NCBI GenBank assembly: GCA_030141605.1
Contig: JAQGDQ010001202.1
Coordinates: forward strand, 1 to 55,772
From: Tubiluchus corallicola
Taxonomy: Eukaryota; Animalia; Priapulida
Length of the DNA: 55,772 bases
Reading direction: 5' to 3'
This document shows positions 46,264 through 55,772 of this stretch, piece after piece (the stretch's first letter is position 1; every line of letters starts with the position of its first letter). A program made the translations under genes and the position numbers. The notes below the pieces were generated by a model. It made no database searches, was not told the origin of the DNA, and saw nothing but the letters and a program-made list of their open reading frames with translations.

Positions 46264-46970
46264 TAGCGCAGTACAGTGCCATTCTTGACGTTATGGCACT
46301 CAAAGAAATCTCTAACTGAGACAATACTAAGTTGACCATGTTTTAAATTTATTATTAAAAAAATGAAAACACGAATGCCTTGCAAGCCACGATGATCAGA
46401 TTTATGTAAAATTGCAAATGATACCCGGAGTCCAAAATTACAGGGAGCAAAAACAGTGAAGACGTCGTTTGATCCATTATAATAAGATTTAATAAAGTCT
46501 TTATTCACTATAAGTAACTATTGTAATGACAAAGAGAAATAACAGTTGTGTGAATAATAATTTACGAATGTTAGATGTTTAAACTGTGTGTAGTTTCAAT
46601 ACGTTATAAGTAGATTATAATTATAAGAGCAAGTTAAGTGATTTAATTTCAATGTTCAACATTTCTTTCATTATACAGATTTGGTATTATTAGGTAACGT
46701 TGTAACAACTTTTACCTAGAATGGCATAACTCCTCCCTCTGACAACAAAAAGCGTAGGATCAGAAAACTAAGAATATTTTCCACATTCTCTACATACACA
46801 TTGACTACATTGAAATACTGTAAAACATTACCGAATTGCACTTTGCTAATTTGACAATGTTAATGTCATATGAAAGTTTATAGACTAAAGTTTGTGTCAG
46901 TAAAACTACTACAGTATTATTATAACGATCTGGATAGTGATAAATTTAGACCTCCCAAGTGGTTAACCAT

Positions 46971-54168
<7,198 letters not shown>

Positions 54169-54812
54169 GCTGTCTGTTTGAATGCTTTATGCTTTCTAGA
54201 CGACTAAGTGTGAGGAGTTGCTTCTTTTATTTAGGCCTCGGGTTTTGATGTTTAAATAATTAAACACTTATTGGCGCCATAGAAACTCTTGAGTTACATT
54301 TCATTTCGCTTTTAATGACACTTTCCGGTATTTGACATATCTAAATAAGTTAATGCTTGTCCAAATATCCGTAATAGAGGATGTTCTTCATAGTGGCCCC
54401 CTTAATTTTCATGTGCATACAATTTGTAAATATTTATTTTACAATAATCACAAAGATTTCATATGGTTTATCTGCGTGATTGATTTATAAATTCTTATAC
54501 AAGTGTCTTTTTCTGCTTATCAGTCGTAATCTTACACACTTTTAGATGATCAACATTTTTATTTTACTAACCTGTCGACCTGTTAAAATGACTGCATCTA
54601 ACGGTCATCAGGAGAGTTCAAATTCACAAACTTTATACAGATTCACTGATAATGCTCTGTATACAGTAAGACTGCATGTAACGGATATAAAATTTTAAGA
54701 CGAATTTTCAGCTTTATTTATGAGGAGTGTTTTCTTGTGGTTTAAGAAAGTATTTACTAAGCATAAATCGTTATCTATTCTACAGTTACATGCTAAATGG
54801 TTTATTACGTAG

Positions 54813-55540
54813 AATTACCAGAAGACTGTGCAGCACTGAGAGAATTGGGATTTGACCAAAATGGAATTTATACGACAAAGCCTCGCTTTAGTGAAGAACC
54901 AATAGAAGTTTTTTGTGACATGGAGACAGATGGGGGTGGATGGACGGTAAATACCTTGTCTTTACCATTAAAAGCATAGTAGAGGGTGAATTAATTAGCC
55001 AAGCTATCAGATATGTTTTAACATAACATAACATAAGTCACATGACTGGGAGCCTTCAAAATGGGGGGGACAGAGAGACTGAGGTAGTCGGAATTGGAGT
55101 TGAGCATTGAATCCTTTGATGTCAAGTAGGTGGCGAGGTGTGGATACTTTACCAACTGGGCTTAAGCTCTCTGAGTCAGTGATTATTAATTAAGTAATTT
55201 CTCATATCTTTCACCTTGAGTGGCATTGACCTTGTTTAGGGCAGTTTGTAAACAAATTTATAGAAAGAATAGACACGCACGCATAAGTGGTTTTTGTTGT
55301 TGTGGCTAATTTTTGGTTTATTTTATAGGTAGTTGCCTGCATTATTACAATGGAATGCGCTTTACTACCATAGATCGGGATAACGACAATTGGCCGGACG
55401 GAAATTGTGCCGTGTTGTATAATCATCACGCGGGCTGGTGGTATAATAATTGCGCAACCTGCGTTTACAATAGTTATTCACGAATAGAACTGAAAGTACG
55501 ACCGTTAAATTTTGCTAAAAACAGAAAATCAAAAATTTAA
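54813..55540 (+). pseudogene. Fibrinogen-related-domain gene C remnant, with only the equivalents of exons 4 and 7
   Basis: Exon 54813-54946 (134 nt, LPEDCAALRE...[13 protein letters not shown]) and exon 55329-55540 ([13 protein letters not shown]...AGWWYNNC...ELKVRP). The 97- and 165-nt exons are absent from the 382-nt gap, and the phases (0 then 1) are incompatible. Confidence 0.75.
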
Positions 55541-55772
55541 ATAAGTTAAATGTACGTCGCCTTAATCCATAAGCATAAATGGCAAAAATTAAACATGATC
55601 TAAATTCTAATTTGTAATGCCACTTAAAGCTTACTTTTTAATAATAATGTAGCGCATATAATAACTGTTTTTATAATAATAGAATGTGCGTAGTCTTGTT
55701 AATTTTTTTTCCGATTACGTTGGTGCTTTTGTTATTATTGGGAGAGGTTAAGCCTACTGTGTAAAAGAGTTT

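Noticed and set aside
55021-55172. Possible tRNA-derived SINE on the minus strand with a (TGTTA)n tail
   Set aside because: Only a weak A-box-like motif and no convincing B box or TSD.

Overview
AT-rich, intron-rich eukaryotic DNA, most likely from an invertebrate animal; there is no prokaryotic content and no CRISPR array. I reconstructed spliced genes by hand using GT-AG sites and intron phases. From left to right the window holds: (1) an intronless THAP + P-element-type transposase split by a single 1-nt frameshift (243-2770, -); (2) a 5S rRNA-headed element with no Pol III terminator, whose body looks like RTE-LINE 5' and 3' pieces (candidate bipartite SINE3, 6543-7010, -); (3) a 3-exon orphan secreted Gly/Tyr/His-rich precursor with RR and G-KR sites (8492-14366, -), whose intron 2 carries a young 5'-truncated LINE inside a (CT)n tract; (4) a gene of about 1,340 aa encoding a small Cys domain, a ~1,080-aa acidic mucin-like stalk with a furin site, and a basic 12-Cys Ly6/uPAR-like domain (15813-27701, -), with nine tandem copies of a splice acceptor in one intron; (5) a cluster of three fibrinogen-related-domain genes, one intact, one with a 1-nt frameshift and one reduced to two exons. 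The window also contains many TTAA-flanked (Kolobok-like), hAT-like and foldback MITEs, LINE fragments and long microsatellites. Most low-complexity ORFs in the supplied track are repeat artefacts. All family assignments come from motif recognition; no database searches were run.
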